NCBI GenBank assembly: GCA_963668645.2
Contig: CAXXWC010000010.1
Location: 128,001 to 192,000 of the forward strand
Reading direction: 5' to 3'
DNA from: Desulfobacterales bacterium
GTDB lineage: Bacteria > Desulfobacterota > Desulfobacteria > Desulfobacterales > UBA2174
Length of the DNA: 64,000 nt
How positions within the stretch are numbered: position 1 is the stretch's first letter; each line of letters starts with the position of its first letter. Positions 10,701-19,068 of this stretch are shown in pieces. The notes beneath the pieces were generated by a model that was given only the letters and a program-made list of their open reading frames with translations, was not told where the DNA came from and made no database searches. The position numbers and the translations under genes were made by a program.

Positions 10701-13700
10701 GGCCGGCTACTATGTCCGGGCAGTACGCGGCAGTCCGGCCGGGGAATCGGGGGAGTTGATCATTAACGGCGATGGAACCGTCACGGATGCAGCCAGCGGG
10801 CTGATGTGGGAGCAAAAGACGGACGACGGCGGACCCGGCGACAAAGACGATGCATACACCATGAATGGTTCGCTTTCCTGGGTGGCGAGCTTGAACACCG
10901 CTGCCTATCTGGGTTACCGCGACTGGCGGCTGCCGACCATCAAGGAACTGGACGCCATCGTCGACTTAACCCGTACCACCTCCCCATCCATTGATATGTC
11001 CTTTTTTCCGATCACCAACTGGTCTCATTACCGGTCGTCGACCATCGACGCCAGCGCAACCGAAAACGCCTGGTGCATCTACTTCACCAGCGGCTACGAC
11101 ACCGAACGCGACAGGGGGTTCAACAGCTATGTCCGGGCGGTGCGCGGCGGACAGTCGCAGTCGTTGGATCATTTGATCATCTCCTCACCCCTGCAGGGAT
11201 CCTATTGGGAATTGGGCGATCCGATGACCATCGCCTGGAATACGGCCGGCATCACCGGCGACGTGGTCATCTCTCTTTCCCGCGATGGCGGCAAAACCTA
11301 TACAGAAATTATGGCCTCCACGCCCAACGACGGCAGCTTCGAGTGGACCGTCACCGGGCCGAATTCGTTCAATTGTATGCTGAAGATAGAACCTCTGGAT
11401 GATCCGCAGAAGGCGACGACCCAGGGCCTTTTCACCGTAGATCCGGACAGCGATCACGACGGTATGCCGAGCAGCTACGAGACGGCCAACGGTCTCGATC
11501 CGTCGACCGATGACAGCGACGGCGACCTGGACGGTGACGGACTTTCCAACCTGGCCGAATACCAGGCCGGCACGGCGGCCAACAACGCCGACAGCGACGG
11601 CGACGGGATGGCGGACGGCTACGAGATCACCAACGGGCTCGATCCGCTGGCCGACGACGGCGGGGACGACCCGGACGGCGACGGGCTTTCCAACCTGGCC
11701 GAACAGGATAGCGGAACGGATCCGAACGCCGCCGATTCGGACTCCGACGGTCTTGGCGACGGAGAGGAAGTCAACACGTACGCAACCGATCCTTTAACGG
11801 CGGACAGCGACGGGGACACCCTCTCCGATGGGGACGAAGTCTACACCCATTTTACCAATCCGCTGATGGCCGACAGCGACGGTGATACGGTCGACGACAA
11901 CCTGGAAATCGTCCAGGGGACCGATCCCAACGATGCCGGATCCTTTCCGGCATCCCCGGGCGTATACTATGTGGACATCGACGCCCCCAACGCCGCTGAC
12001 GACGGCCACCACGGCACTTCGCCTGATACACCCTGGCAAACGATCCATTTTGCCATTGACCGGATCAACGCCGGACCGGCCGGCAGCTATACGCTCAACG
12101 TGGGGCTCGGCACCTACAGTATCGCCGCCGGCGAGCCGGACAGGGAGCTGCAAATCACCCAGCCAGGCCTCTCGATCATCGGTGCCAGCGGCAGCCTGCC
12201 CCTGATCGACGGTACCGGCGTGAGCGCCTGGCTCTACGGAATCTGGAGCCGCGCATCCTCGATAAGTATCGAGAACCTGGAAGTCACCGGGGACTTCGAT
12301 ATCGGCATCAAGCTGGAATATACCACCGGCACCGGCAGCATCCGGGATTGCATCATCCACGATCTGACGTACGAATACGCCCACGGCATCGTCCTCCACG
12401 AAGCCGGCGACCTGGTAACTGTCGAGGGCAACCGGGTTTACGGCCAGTATGGCGGCATCGAGGTTGCTGACAGCAGCCCGACCATTGCGCGCAATACGCT
12501 CACCGGCAACACCTACGGGCTCATCGTCTCTTCATGGCAGGAGTTGGCGACTTCCCCGTTAATCGAAAACAACGTCATTACCACTTCGAGTACGGGAATA
12601 CTGATCCAGGCCGGCGACCCCGGCGAAGCCTCGCCGTTGATTTATCACAACACCTTCTACGGCGGCCTTCCGGTAACCGACGGCAACTACACCCATGGAA
12701 TCTTCATCGGCACGGGCAGCTCCCCCACGATCCGATTCAACCTGGTCACCGACTGGGGGACCGGCGTGGTGAACGATGCCTACAATCCCGGCACGCCGAT
12801 TCTCGAATACAACGACGTGTGGAACAACCAAACCGGCTACCAGAACATCGAGGCCGGCGCCAACGACATCACCGCCGATCCGCTCTACGCCGATCCTGAC
12901 GCCGGCGACTTCGACCTTGCCGCGGGTTCTCCGGCCATCGACGCCATCCCGCTGAACGCCGGCGATCCGGTCACAGACGATTATCTCGGCCGCACCCGGC
13001 CACTCAACACCGGATACGACATGGGGGCCTATGAATCGGCGGCCTTCGAGGCGGATTCCGACGGCGACGGGATGCCGGACAGCTATGAAAATGCCAATGG
13101 ATTGGACCCGCAGGTGGACGACAGCGGTGCCGACCCGGACGGCGACGGCCTTTCCAACCTGGCCGAATACAACGCCGGCACGGATCCCAACAATCCAGAT
13201 ACCGACGGGGATACCCTTTCCGACGGCGATGAAGTCAACACCTACGGCACAAACCCCGTGGCCGCGGACAGCGACGGCGACCAGACGGCCGACAACCTCG
13301 AAATCGCCCAGGGTACCGACCCCAACGACGCCGACTCGTTTCCGGTGGCGCCGGGCACCTACTATGTGGACTGCGACGCCCCGGGTGCCGCCGACGACAG
13401 CCTGCACGGCACGGCGGCCGCAACCCCCTGGAAGAGCCTGCACTACGCCGTCGAGCGCATCAACCAGGCAAGCGCGGGCAGCTACACCCTCAACGTGGGC
13501 CTGGGCACTTACAGCATCGCCGCCGGCGAACCCGACCGGCAATTGCAGATCACCCAAAACGAGGTGGTTATCCTGGGCGAGTTGGGCAGCATGCCGGTCA
13601 TCGACGGGACCGGTGCCACCGAATGGATCCACGGCCTCTGGAGCACCTCTCCATCGGTAACCATCGACAACCTGGAGCTGACCGGATTTCAACAGACCGG

Positions 13701-16700
13701 CATCAAGGTGGAAAATGCCGGCGCCGGCGCCGTGCGCGGCTGTGCGGTGCATGATCCTGGCGCCCAGTATACTTACGGCATTCTGGCCAACCGGGTGGGA
13801 GCCTCCGTGACATTGGCGGGCAACCGGGTTTACGGCCTCTATGGCGGCATGGAGGTGGCCGACGGCAGCCCGGTCCTGGCCCGCAACACCATTTCGGACA
13901 ACGACATCGGCCTGACGGTCTCTTCATGGGGCACGGCGACTTCACCGGTCGTCAAGAACAACGTCATCACTTCGGCCGGCGCCTCGGACATCGGTATCTT
14001 CATCCAGGCCAGCAACGGCGGAACCGCATCCCCGCTGATCTACCACAACACGATTTACGGGGCCGCCGGCACCGGCCCGGGCATCAGCATCAACGTGCGG
14101 CCCAGCGGTCTGGACGCGGCCCCGGTAATCAAATTCAACGCCATCAGCGGCTGGGACATCGGCATTGACAACCGCATCGACCAGCCGGGCACACCGGAGA
14201 TCGATTACAATCTGGTATGGAACAACTTCACCGGATACGAAAACACCGCCGCCGGCACCAACGACATCGGCTCCGATCCGCTCTACGCAAATCCTGAAGC
14301 AGGAGACTTCGATCTTGCCGCGGGTTCTCCGGCCATCGACGCCATCCCGCTGAACGCCGGCGATCCGGTCACAGACGATTATCTCGGCCGCACCCGGCCA
14401 CTCAACACCGGCTTCGACATGGGGGCCTATGAATCGGCGGCCTTCGAGGCGGATTCCGACGGCGACGAGATGCCGGACAGCTATGAAAATGCCAATGGAC
14501 TAGACCCGCAGGTGGACGACAGCGGTGCCGATCCGGACGGCGACGGCCTTTCAAACCTCACCGAGTACCAGAGCGGCACAAACCCCAACGCCGCCGACAC
14601 CGATGCCGACGGGATCCCGGACGGCTACGAGATTGCCAGCGGGCTCGATCCGCTGGCCGACGATAGCGGTGCCGACCCGGACGGCGACGGCCTTTCAAAC
14701 CTCACCGAGTACCAGACCGGCACCAATCCCAACGCCGCCGACACCGACGGCGACGGGATCCCGGACGGCTACGAGATTGCCAACGGGTTCGATCCGCTGG
14801 TGGACGACAGCGCTGCCGACCCGGACAGCGACGGCCTTTCAAACCTCGATGAGTACCAGACCGGCTCAAACCCCAATGCCGCCGACACCGACGCCGACGG
14901 GATCCCGGACGGCTACGAGATTGCCAACGGGTTCGATCCGCTGGTGGACGACAGCGCTGCCGACCCGGACAGCGACGGCCTTTCAAACCTCGACGAGTAC
15001 AACAGCGGCGCAGATCCCAACAATTCGGATACGGACGGGGATACCCTCTCGGACGGAGATGAGGTCAACACATACGGCACCAGCCCTCTGGCTGCCGACA
15101 GCGACGGCGATCAGGTGAGCGATAACATCGAAATCGCCCAGGGTACGGACCCGACCGACGCCGATTCGTTTCCGGTCGTGCCGGGCACCTATTATGTGGA
15201 CTGCGACGCCCCGGGTGCCGCCGACGACAGCCTGCACGGCACGGCGGCCGCAACCCCCTGGAAGAGTCTGCACTACGCCGTCGAGCGCATCAACCAGGCA
15301 AACGCCGGCAGCTACACCCTCAACGTGGGCCTGGGCACCTACAGCATCGCCGCCGGCGAACCCGACCGGCAATTGCAGATCACCCAAAACGAGGTGGCCA
15401 TCCTGGGCGAGTTGGGCAGCATGCCGGTCATCGACGGGACCGGTGCCACCGAATGGGTCCACGGCCTCTGGAGCACCTCTCCATCGGTAACCATCGACAA
15501 CCTGGAGCTGACCGGATTTCAACAGACAGGCATCAAGGTGGAATATGCCGCCAGCGGCACCGTGGGCGGCTGTGTGGTGCACGACCCGGCGGCCCAGTAT
15601 GCCTGCGGCATTCTGGCCAACCAGACCGGAGGCGCTGTCACGTTGGCGGACAACCGGGTTTACGGCCTCTACGGCGGCATGGAGGTGGCCGACGGCAGCC
15701 CGGTCCTGGCCCGCAACACCATTTCGGACAACGACATCGGCCTGACAGTCTCTTCTTGGGGCACGGCAACTTCACCGGTCGTCAAAAACAACGTCATCAC
15801 TTCGGCCGGCGCCTCGGACATCGGCATCTTCATCCAGGCCAGCAACGGCGGAACCGCATCCCCGCTGATCTACCACAACACGATTTACGGGGCCGCCGGC
15901 ACCGGCCCGGGCATCAGCATCAACGTGCGGCCCAGCGGTCTGGACGCGGCCCCGGTGATCAAATTCAACGCCATCACCGGCTGGGACATCGGCATTGACA
16001 ACCGCATCGACCAGCCGGGCACCCCGGTGATCGACTACAACCTGGTATGGGACAACCTCATCGGATACGAAAACACCGCCGCCGGCGCCAACGACATCGG
16101 CTTCGATCCGCTCTACGCCGATCCTGAAGCCGGCGACTTCGACCTGGCCGACGGTTCACCGGCCATCGACGCCATCCCGCTGAACGCCGGCGACCCGGTC
16201 ACAGACGATTATCTCGGCCGCACCCGGCCCCTCAACGCCGGGTTCGACATGGGGGCCTATGAATCGGCGGGCAGGGCCAACCGCGCGCCGGATACGCCGT
16301 CGGCGGCAAGCCCGGCAAACGGGGAACTGGTGAGTGCAACGTCGGTAACCCTGACGGCCACCGCCTTCAGCGATCCCGACAGCGACGCCCAGACGGCGAG
16401 CCATTGGAAGGTGCGCCGGGCCGACTGCGTTTACGGCATGCCGGACCTGGATCCTTCTTTTGCCGCCACGAACGGTGCCGATCCCCTCGACCGGCACCAG
16501 GTCTCGGGTCTCGTCGAGGGGATGCGCTATGCCTGGCAGGTGGGCTATGAAGATAGCGTCGGCAACGTCGCCTGGTCCCAGGAAAACACCTTTACCGTCG
16601 GCACGCCCGCCACAGATACCGCCGTGGTGGTAAAAGCCGGCACCACGGTCTCGGACTTCCGGATGGTCTCCTTTCCCATCTGGACCACCGCGGCAGACGC

Positions 16701-17556
16701 CGCCGCAGCTCTGGGCATCGTCTACGCCCCGGACAAGTACCGCATCGGGACCTACGATCCGCTGACCGGGGCCTACAAAGAGGTGGGCGACGGGTTGTCC
16801 CTCGAACCGGGGCGGGCCTACTGGTTCCTGTCCCGCAACGATCTGGCGCCCGAGGTCAAGGGGGTGCCGGTGACCCTGGCCGAGAATGTGGAACTGCGCC
16901 TGGCCTACAACCCGGGCTCAGGCAACGGGTGGAACATGATCGCCACGCCCAACGGCAGCCACTACTACTGGTCGGACGTCCTGGTGATCGAACGCGATGC
17001 CAACGGCAACCCCGTCAACGGCACCCCGGTGTCGGTATCGGCCCTGGCGCCGGACAATGACTGGATCGACGTGCGTCTGTGGAGTTGGGAAAACGGGGCC
17101 TACACCGCCGATACAGACCGGATGACACATCACGGCGGCTTCTGGGTCCTGGCCAAAAAGGAGAATGTCTACCTGCGCTTCGACCCGAGCTGCCAGATCG
17201 CCCGGCTCTCGTTGGAGAAGGTGATGATGGCCGAAGCCGCCCACCGGATTGAACGGCTGATGAAAACAGGTATAATCGGACCGGCGCCGGCATACGCGGT
17301 CGACCTCGACTCGCCGCCGGCCCCCATGAGTGCGCTTGCCGGCAGCAGCGGCTATTCATCATCCGGCGGCGGCGGTGGGGGCGGATGTTTCATCGCTGCG
17401 GCGACCGGCGGAAACGGAACAGGCGCCCTGGCAGAAGCACGCCGATGGACGGGTGCGCCTGGACGCCTCACTGGCGGCTGGGCCCCGGTCTGCGGCCTTG
17501 GGCTCATTCTACTGGTGGCGGTCCTTGCGATTCAGCGCCGCCGCAACAAGCCGTAA
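4711..17556 (+). CDS. Giant (~4,280 aa) mosaic surface protein/adhesin: 4x Ig/FN3-like modules, DxDGDG Ca-binding repeats, 13 LRRs, 2 LapA-like Ig domains, 2 DUF1566-like domains, 3 beta-helix domains, polyGly-CFI + TM + Arg tail
   Basis: One uninterrupted ORF with GGGAG before ATG 4711 and a hydrophobic N-terminal signal. Domains were read from motifs in the translation and are listed as separate features. The C-terminus reads GGGGGGGCFI...GLGLILLVAVLAIQRRRNKP. Confidence 0.9.
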   Translation: MSRHSSSAGYGLRSILLVLMVVCGLIAPTFWGGNLFAVGEALTFNGSVMHRIGADGNDYTVFDVEMINFSGNLPDDIGQISVTYDNGTGQPVDLGLTKADFTYYSQFNEFYCQTQGAPALGTYTFTVTAGQTESADTDTQTVIRDLPVPYNGSLYPLADSTIYRPRPTFSWQPLAWYTETPLYYRFEIADDNNGNAGERVFATQRHPDMFHFTLDADANPGYPVTIPTLTPGATYWWRVRVTDADSYKATENRHDTEWRKFTMAAAFPAYAQPPFITDDTLGAITYSRPDSDPVLYFWMKVVDNEGIPEGGTTHQVKVATPAGSPAAGMELMLRFYQGLDWDAGLNRYRAAYYESDFIYTGDAEIADFAGDYLFTVTDTSGNSSSFTDNLTVSPVEPVAQASIRIEGQSLDAAPAPPTVTTTPTFTWDPSASPNTSHYRVRIYQNNATTVVWNGITADTTCTVPPGVLETDSTYRFRVEARDGHNGLEMDNWARTPANPEDYFVFYTGQSGASTPFIDLNYHGVFSNTRELYGTSLSFWVKVHDAQGVPGNIKSVKVTWNDGTAQEEHLYYDPNRGGDTTSGIYWCETFHGPSNATYTFIVEDWDGNTNRVTEVLAANPIGFPPAASLGPNPSLNTPLDSTGVNFSWDAVPGAAFYRVRIFDKYSNRYDFNTTDNFLALPPGFLEDGAFYRYKIQSQREFLEENIDNLSESPFDSYDYPDFMTSARAGGTSPPTIDLGDAGACVQVMNVPFLDGAIYVLLLDADVTDPDGVPENIKTVTVTYPDGITTRELSLDDVTGTTAGDYQAQVIVFADPAEIQQGVYTFTVTDFDGNSATVTDTLTVDPLPEAVTPLWPQPDGVAPVTGTAIDWTDVPGAAAYVVEIKKDYEEIHKSEPMTQSYYQVPDGVLADKGTYSYRIFALREDPTTEDVDNVFSTDVASDSEEPHFMALSLVDTDGDGMDDNWEIQWFGNTATAGAATDFDSDALADIDEYANSTNPTSSDTDGDSLTDAEEVNTYNTDPLSTDTDGDGIPDDYEIANWMDPLVDDSAEDADGDGLSNLEEYNAGTDPFKADTDGDGMRDDYEIANGLDPFVDDGAADLDGDGLSNLAEYQAGTAANNADSDGDGYTDNEEITAGSDPLVAADTPERLALIALYNATGGAGWTDNTNWMDQAGSECTWYGVTCDGGGHVTQIDLSENNLTGPLPPELGDLKYLESLFLQSNQISGAVPPQIGNLVNLTHMDLSTNQFSGSIPAELGNLLNLQSLYASFNQFDGTLPPELGNLTNLQSLYLVANQLTGSIPAQFANMAALTGLFLNNNQISGTIPPELGNLAGLQYLYLRSNQLEGSIPAALGGLTNLLDLDLTYNQLSDSIPAELGNLSNLHRLELAANQLDGDIPVELGSLARLEDMDLAYNALTGSIPTTLGSLALLTGLYLDNNQLTGAIPAELGNLTHLNTLNLQYNFLTGPIPAELESLANLEYLHINNNQLDGPVPLEITNLTALVDNGSDFRDNRLYTDDDAIRSFMNAKQIDGDWESSQLGTITVSLAAGTATAEGDQITYTATASDPPQGNLTVTLSNGATIDIAAGTTSGNVAVDAPGDDPYLDAEDVSVHITDAASDGQDQIVIDATPAVTQITDTIDTTTVELSAPALAPEAGQITYTATLDNPTQAALAVNLSNGETITIAAGADSGSVTVDAPNQAGEVQAHITGTGASTFEQLDIDATPAVTQISGILDSDGDGMADGYENINDLDPSTDDSAGDLDGDGLSNLAEYQAGTAANNADSDGDKFSDGLESQDQTSPLNNADHRILPPVTGRIPDTGQTTSYTTVFGEDNDYLINPPEYLKMDAAGNYLPDSATAWAMVYDAVTGLIWEVKHNRDGILNYADPGDGDNTYTWYDSNPANNGGAAGSPGEGTDTEDFIAGLNAANYGGHSDWRLPTRKELRRIVNYGRHDPSIDTTFFPNTQPAHYWSSTTHAGGTENAWFLHFLSGYANSSDKSAGYYVRAVRGSPAGESGELIINGDGTVTDAASGLMWEQKTDDGGPGDKDDAYTMNGSLSWVASLNTAAYLGYRDWRLPTIKELDAIVDLTRTTSPSIDMSFFPITNWSHYRSSTIDASATENAWCIYFTSGYDTERDRGFNSYVRAVRGGQSQSLDHLIISSPLQGSYWELGDPMTIAWNTAGITGDVVISLSRDGGKTYTEIMASTPNDGSFEWTVTGPNSFNCMLKIEPLDDPQKATTQGLFTVDPDSDHDGMPSSYETANGLDPSTDDSDGDLDGDGLSNLAEYQAGTAANNADSDGDGMADGYEITNGLDPLADDGGDDPDGDGLSNLAEQDSGTDPNAADSDSDGLGDGEEVNTYATDPLTADSDGDTLSDGDEVYTHFTNPLMADSDGDTVDDNLEIVQGTDPNDAGSFPASPGVYYVDIDAPNAADDGHHGTSPDTPWQTIHFAIDRINAGPAGSYTLNVGLGTYSIAAGEPDRELQITQPGLSIIGASGSLPLIDGTGVSAWLYGIWSRASSISIENLEVTGDFDIGIKLEYTTGTGSIRDCIIHDLTYEYAHGIVLHEAGDLVTVEGNRVYGQYGGIEVADSSPTIARNTLTGNTYGLIVSSWQELATSPLIENNVITTSSTGILIQAGDPGEASPLIYHNTFYGGLPVTDGNYTHGIFIGTGSSPTIRFNLVTDWGTGVVNDAYNPGTPILEYNDVWNNQTGYQNIEAGANDITADPLYADPDAGDFDLAAGSPAIDAIPLNAGDPVTDDYLGRTRPLNTGYDMGAYESAAFEADSDGDGMPDSYENANGLDPQVDDSGADPDGDGLSNLAEYNAGTDPNNPDTDGDTLSDGDEVNTYGTNPVAADSDGDQTADNLEIAQGTDPNDADSFPVAPGTYYVDCDAPGAADDSLHGTAAATPWKSLHYAVERINQASAGSYTLNVGLGTYSIAAGEPDRQLQITQNEVVILGELGSMPVIDGTGATEWIHGLWSTSPSVTIDNLELTGFQQTGIKVENAGAGAVRGCAVHDPGAQYTYGILANRVGASVTLAGNRVYGLYGGMEVADGSPVLARNTISDNDIGLTVSSWGTATSPVVKNNVITSAGASDIGIFIQASNGGTASPLIYHNTIYGAAGTGPGISINVRPSGLDAAPVIKFNAISGWDIGIDNRIDQPGTPEIDYNLVWNNFTGYENTAAGTNDIGSDPLYANPEAGDFDLAAGSPAIDAIPLNAGDPVTDDYLGRTRPLNTGFDMGAYESAAFEADSDGDEMPDSYENANGLDPQVDDSGADPDGDGLSNLTEYQSGTNPNAADTDADGIPDGYEIASGLDPLADDSGADPDGDGLSNLTEYQTGTNPNAADTDGDGIPDGYEIANGFDPLVDDSAADPDSDGLSNLDEYQTGSNPNAADTDADGIPDGYEIANGFDPLVDDSAADPDSDGLSNLDEYNSGADPNNSDTDGDTLSDGDEVNTYGTSPLAADSDGDQVSDNIEIAQGTDPTDADSFPVVPGTYYVDCDAPGAADDSLHGTAAATPWKSLHYAVERINQANAGSYTLNVGLGTYSIAAGEPDRQLQITQNEVAILGELGSMPVIDGTGATEWVHGLWSTSPSVTIDNLELTGFQQTGIKVEYAASGTVGGCVVHDPAAQYACGILANQTGGAVTLADNRVYGLYGGMEVADGSPVLARNTISDNDIGLTVSSWGTATSPVVKNNVITSAGASDIGIFIQASNGGTASPLIYHNTIYGAAGTGPGISINVRPSGLDAAPVIKFNAITGWDIGIDNRIDQPGTPVIDYNLVWDNLIGYENTAAGANDIGFDPLYADPEAGDFDLADGSPAIDAIPLNAGDPVTDDYLGRTRPLNAGFDMGAYESAGRANRAPDTPSAASPANGELVSATSVTLTATAFSDPDSDAQTASHWKVRRADCVYGMPDLDPSFAATNGADPLDRHQVSGLVEGMRYAWQVGYEDSVGNVAWSQENTFTVGTPATDTAVVVKAGTTVSDFRMVSFPIWTTAADAAAALGIVYAPDKYRIGTYDPLTGAYKEVGDGLSLEPGRAYWFLSRNDLAPEVKGVPVTLAENVELRLAYNPGSGNGWNMIATPNGSHYYWSDVLVIERDANGNPVNGTPVSVSALAPDNDWIDVRLWSWENGAYTADTDRMTHHGGFWVLAKKENVYLRFDPSCQIARLSLEKVMMAEAAHRIERLMKTGIIGPAPAYAVDLDSPPAPMSALAGSSGYSSSGGGGGGGCFIAAATGGNGTGALAEARRWTGAPGRLTGGWAPVCGLGLILLVAVLAIQRRRNKP
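8146..9300 (+). repeat. Plant-type LRR domain (N-cap + 13 x 24-aa repeats) inside the giant protein
   Basis: Cap ERLALIALY...W...CTWYGVTC, followed by 13 counted LxxLxLxxNxLxGxIPxELGxL repeats. Confidence 0.9.
9331..9900 (+). repeat. Two LapA-adhesin-like Ig repeats
   Basis: Two copies of ITYTAT...L.V.LSNG.TI.IAAG..SG.V.VDAP...IDATPAVTQI, resembling Pseudomonas LapA-type repeats (from recall of the motif). Confidence 0.65.
10140..11150 (+). other. Tandem DUF1566 (Lcl-like, CLec-fold) domains inside the giant protein
   Basis: TGQT..Y, D..TGL.WE, G.DWRLPT.KEL and (Y/H)(W/R)SST...AW...F..G......YVRAVRG; the last three motifs occur twice. Confidence 0.85.
13351..16270 (+). repeat. Near-identical ~1.1-kb direct repeat (13351-~14440 and 15181-~16270, offset 1830 nt) encoding beta-helix domains
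   Basis: CCGGGCACCTA(C/T)TATGTGGACTGCGACGCC starts at both 13351 and 15181. CCGGCCATCGACGCCATCCCGCTGAAC occurs at 12931, 14329 and 16159. A more diverged third domain copy lies at ~11960-13030. Confidence 0.9.
14460..15060 (+). repeat. 144-bp (48-aa) tandem repeats of DxDGDG Ca-binding units
   Basis: GGGATCCCGGACGGCTACGAGATTGCCA at 14611, 14755 and 14899 (period 144). Confidence 0.85.
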
Positions 17557-17559
17557 CGT

Positions 17560-19068
17560 TTGATCGGATCACCCCGGAAATCCGCGCCGCCAAACCGCGC
17601 CGGCCGGCAGCTTCGCGCCGGCGCGGGTCTCTTGGCCGGCCTCGGCTTGCTCGTCTCCCAGGCGGGGGCAACCTGTCTGGTGCGCCACGCCAACCTCGCC
17701 TTGCACCAGGCCATGACCGCCATCATGGCCCAAGGGTACATGGCCGTTCCCTGCCCCGTGGTGGTGGCGCAACTGCCTTGCTGGGGCCCCGGTTTCATGG
17801 GGGGCCTTTTCCTGACCTTGTCCACCGGAAGCCTCATTGTCTTCGCCACCCTGGCGGCCCTGGGTGCGGCACGGCATCTTTTCTTGTCGCCGGCCAAACG
17901 GTGCGCCTTTCTGATCGTATTGGCAGCAGGTCTTGCCGTTTTTCTCAACACCGATGGCCTGAACCTTGGGGCCACCCTTTATGCCCTGGCGGTGATGGCC
18001 GCCGTGGCGCTTCCCGGTCTGGCTATGAACCGCACAGCGGCACGGCAAAAAAACGCTCTTTTGCGCATCGTCATAGTCATCGGCCCCCTTTTGCTGCTGA
18101 CCGGGATCTGGCTCACCAGGATGGACCGGAACCTGTTCGTGGACATCCGCGACCGGCTGCTTTTTTCCAACCCGGCCGGCGTCGGGATCGCAAATTTTTA
18201 CTACGATTACAACCTTTTCGCCGCTCAGGCGATCGCCCCCTTGAATCACCGGACCCTCATCGGCATCGACCTGAGCGGGATCAACACTGCCCCGGGCCGC
18301 CAGGCCCTGGCCGATGCCCTGCGGGGCGCCGATATGCTTGCCGTGGGAAGCTCGCCCGGGGCCGCGATTACCGTCAAGCCGGAAGCAAACGCCCTGAGGT
18401 GGCAGGATTCCGCCGGCCGGGGAATAACGGTGGCCCCGCAAGAAATCCTTGCCACGCCCAAGCCGGTGCGCGAACGCTTTTCGAAAACGGTGGATACCAA
18501 AGCCCCATTCCGCCGTCTGACCCTGGCAGGGATTTTGGTGGGGTTTCCGGTCCTGCTCTACCTGATCCTCTTCGCTGCGGTTGAAAAGACACTGGGCCTT
18601 TTCCTCGGGCCCCGGGCCGTCTGGGCTGCGGCCCTTGTTTGCATGGCCGTGGGCAGCGCCCTGTTCTACCCGATGATGGCCGCACCCAGGGCCGGGGCCG
18701 CGGCAGACACCCTGGCAGAACGGATTCTCCAGCTCCGCCAGGCCGTGCGCCAGGGGACCGATCCGCTCGTCCATACGGATGGAGAGCGGGCGGCCCGCAG
18801 CCCATGGCCGGCCGAACGCTACTGGTTCGCCCGGGCCCTGGCCGGTTCCCGTTCAACGAATGGATTTGCCCTGGCAGCGGACATGGCGCACGATGAAAAT
18901 CCCATTATCGCCTGCCAGGCCTGCTACGCGTTGGGCAAGATAGGCAACCGCAAAGCCGTTCCCATCTTGCTGGGACTGATTCAGAACCAAAACCATTGGT
19001 ACACCCAGCGCTACGCCTACAGCGCCTTGAGAAGACTCGGATGGACCCAGCCCGCCCCCTCCCGCTGA
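17560..19068 (+). CDS. Multi-pass membrane protein with C-terminal HEAT/PBS-like repeats
   Basis: Several hydrophobic segments. C-terminal ERYWFARALA, ACQACYALGKIG and TQRYAYSALRRLGW. Starts 3 nt after the giant-gene stop; the TTG start is uncertain. Confidence 0.7.
   Translation: MIGSPRKSAPPNRAGRQLRAGAGLLAGLGLLVSQAGATCLVRHANLALHQAMTAIMAQGYMAVPCPVVVAQLPCWGPGFMGGLFLTLSTGSLIVFATLAALGAARHLFLSPAKRCAFLIVLAAGLAVFLNTDGLNLGATLYALAVMAAVALPGLAMNRTAARQKNALLRIVIVIGPLLLLTGIWLTRMDRNLFVDIRDRLLFSNPAGVGIANFYYDYNLFAAQAIAPLNHRTLIGIDLSGINTAPGRQALADALRGADMLAVGSSPGAAITVKPEANALRWQDSAGRGITVAPQEILATPKPVRERFSKTVDTKAPFRRLTLAGILVGFPVLLYLILFAAVEKTLGLFLGPRAVWAAALVCMAVGSALFYPMMAAPRAGAAADTLAERILQLRQAVRQGTDPLVHTDGERAARSPWPAERYWFARALAGSRSTNGFALAADMAHDENPIIACQACYALGKIGNRKAVPILLGLIQNQNHWYTQRYAYSALRRLGWTQPAPSR

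Noticed and set aside
10612..11148. The two DUF1566 ends as a TR/VR pair
   Set aside because: They differ at many non-adenine and synonymous positions (TGG/CGG, ACT/ACC, TTT/TTC), both are coding, and neither is AAC-rich.
7560..15200. CRISPR array suggested by recurring ~30-40-nt near-identical sequences
   Set aside because: The repeats are in-frame coding units (multiples of 3, DxDGDG motifs) inside one ORF, with no unique spacers of constant length and no cas genes.
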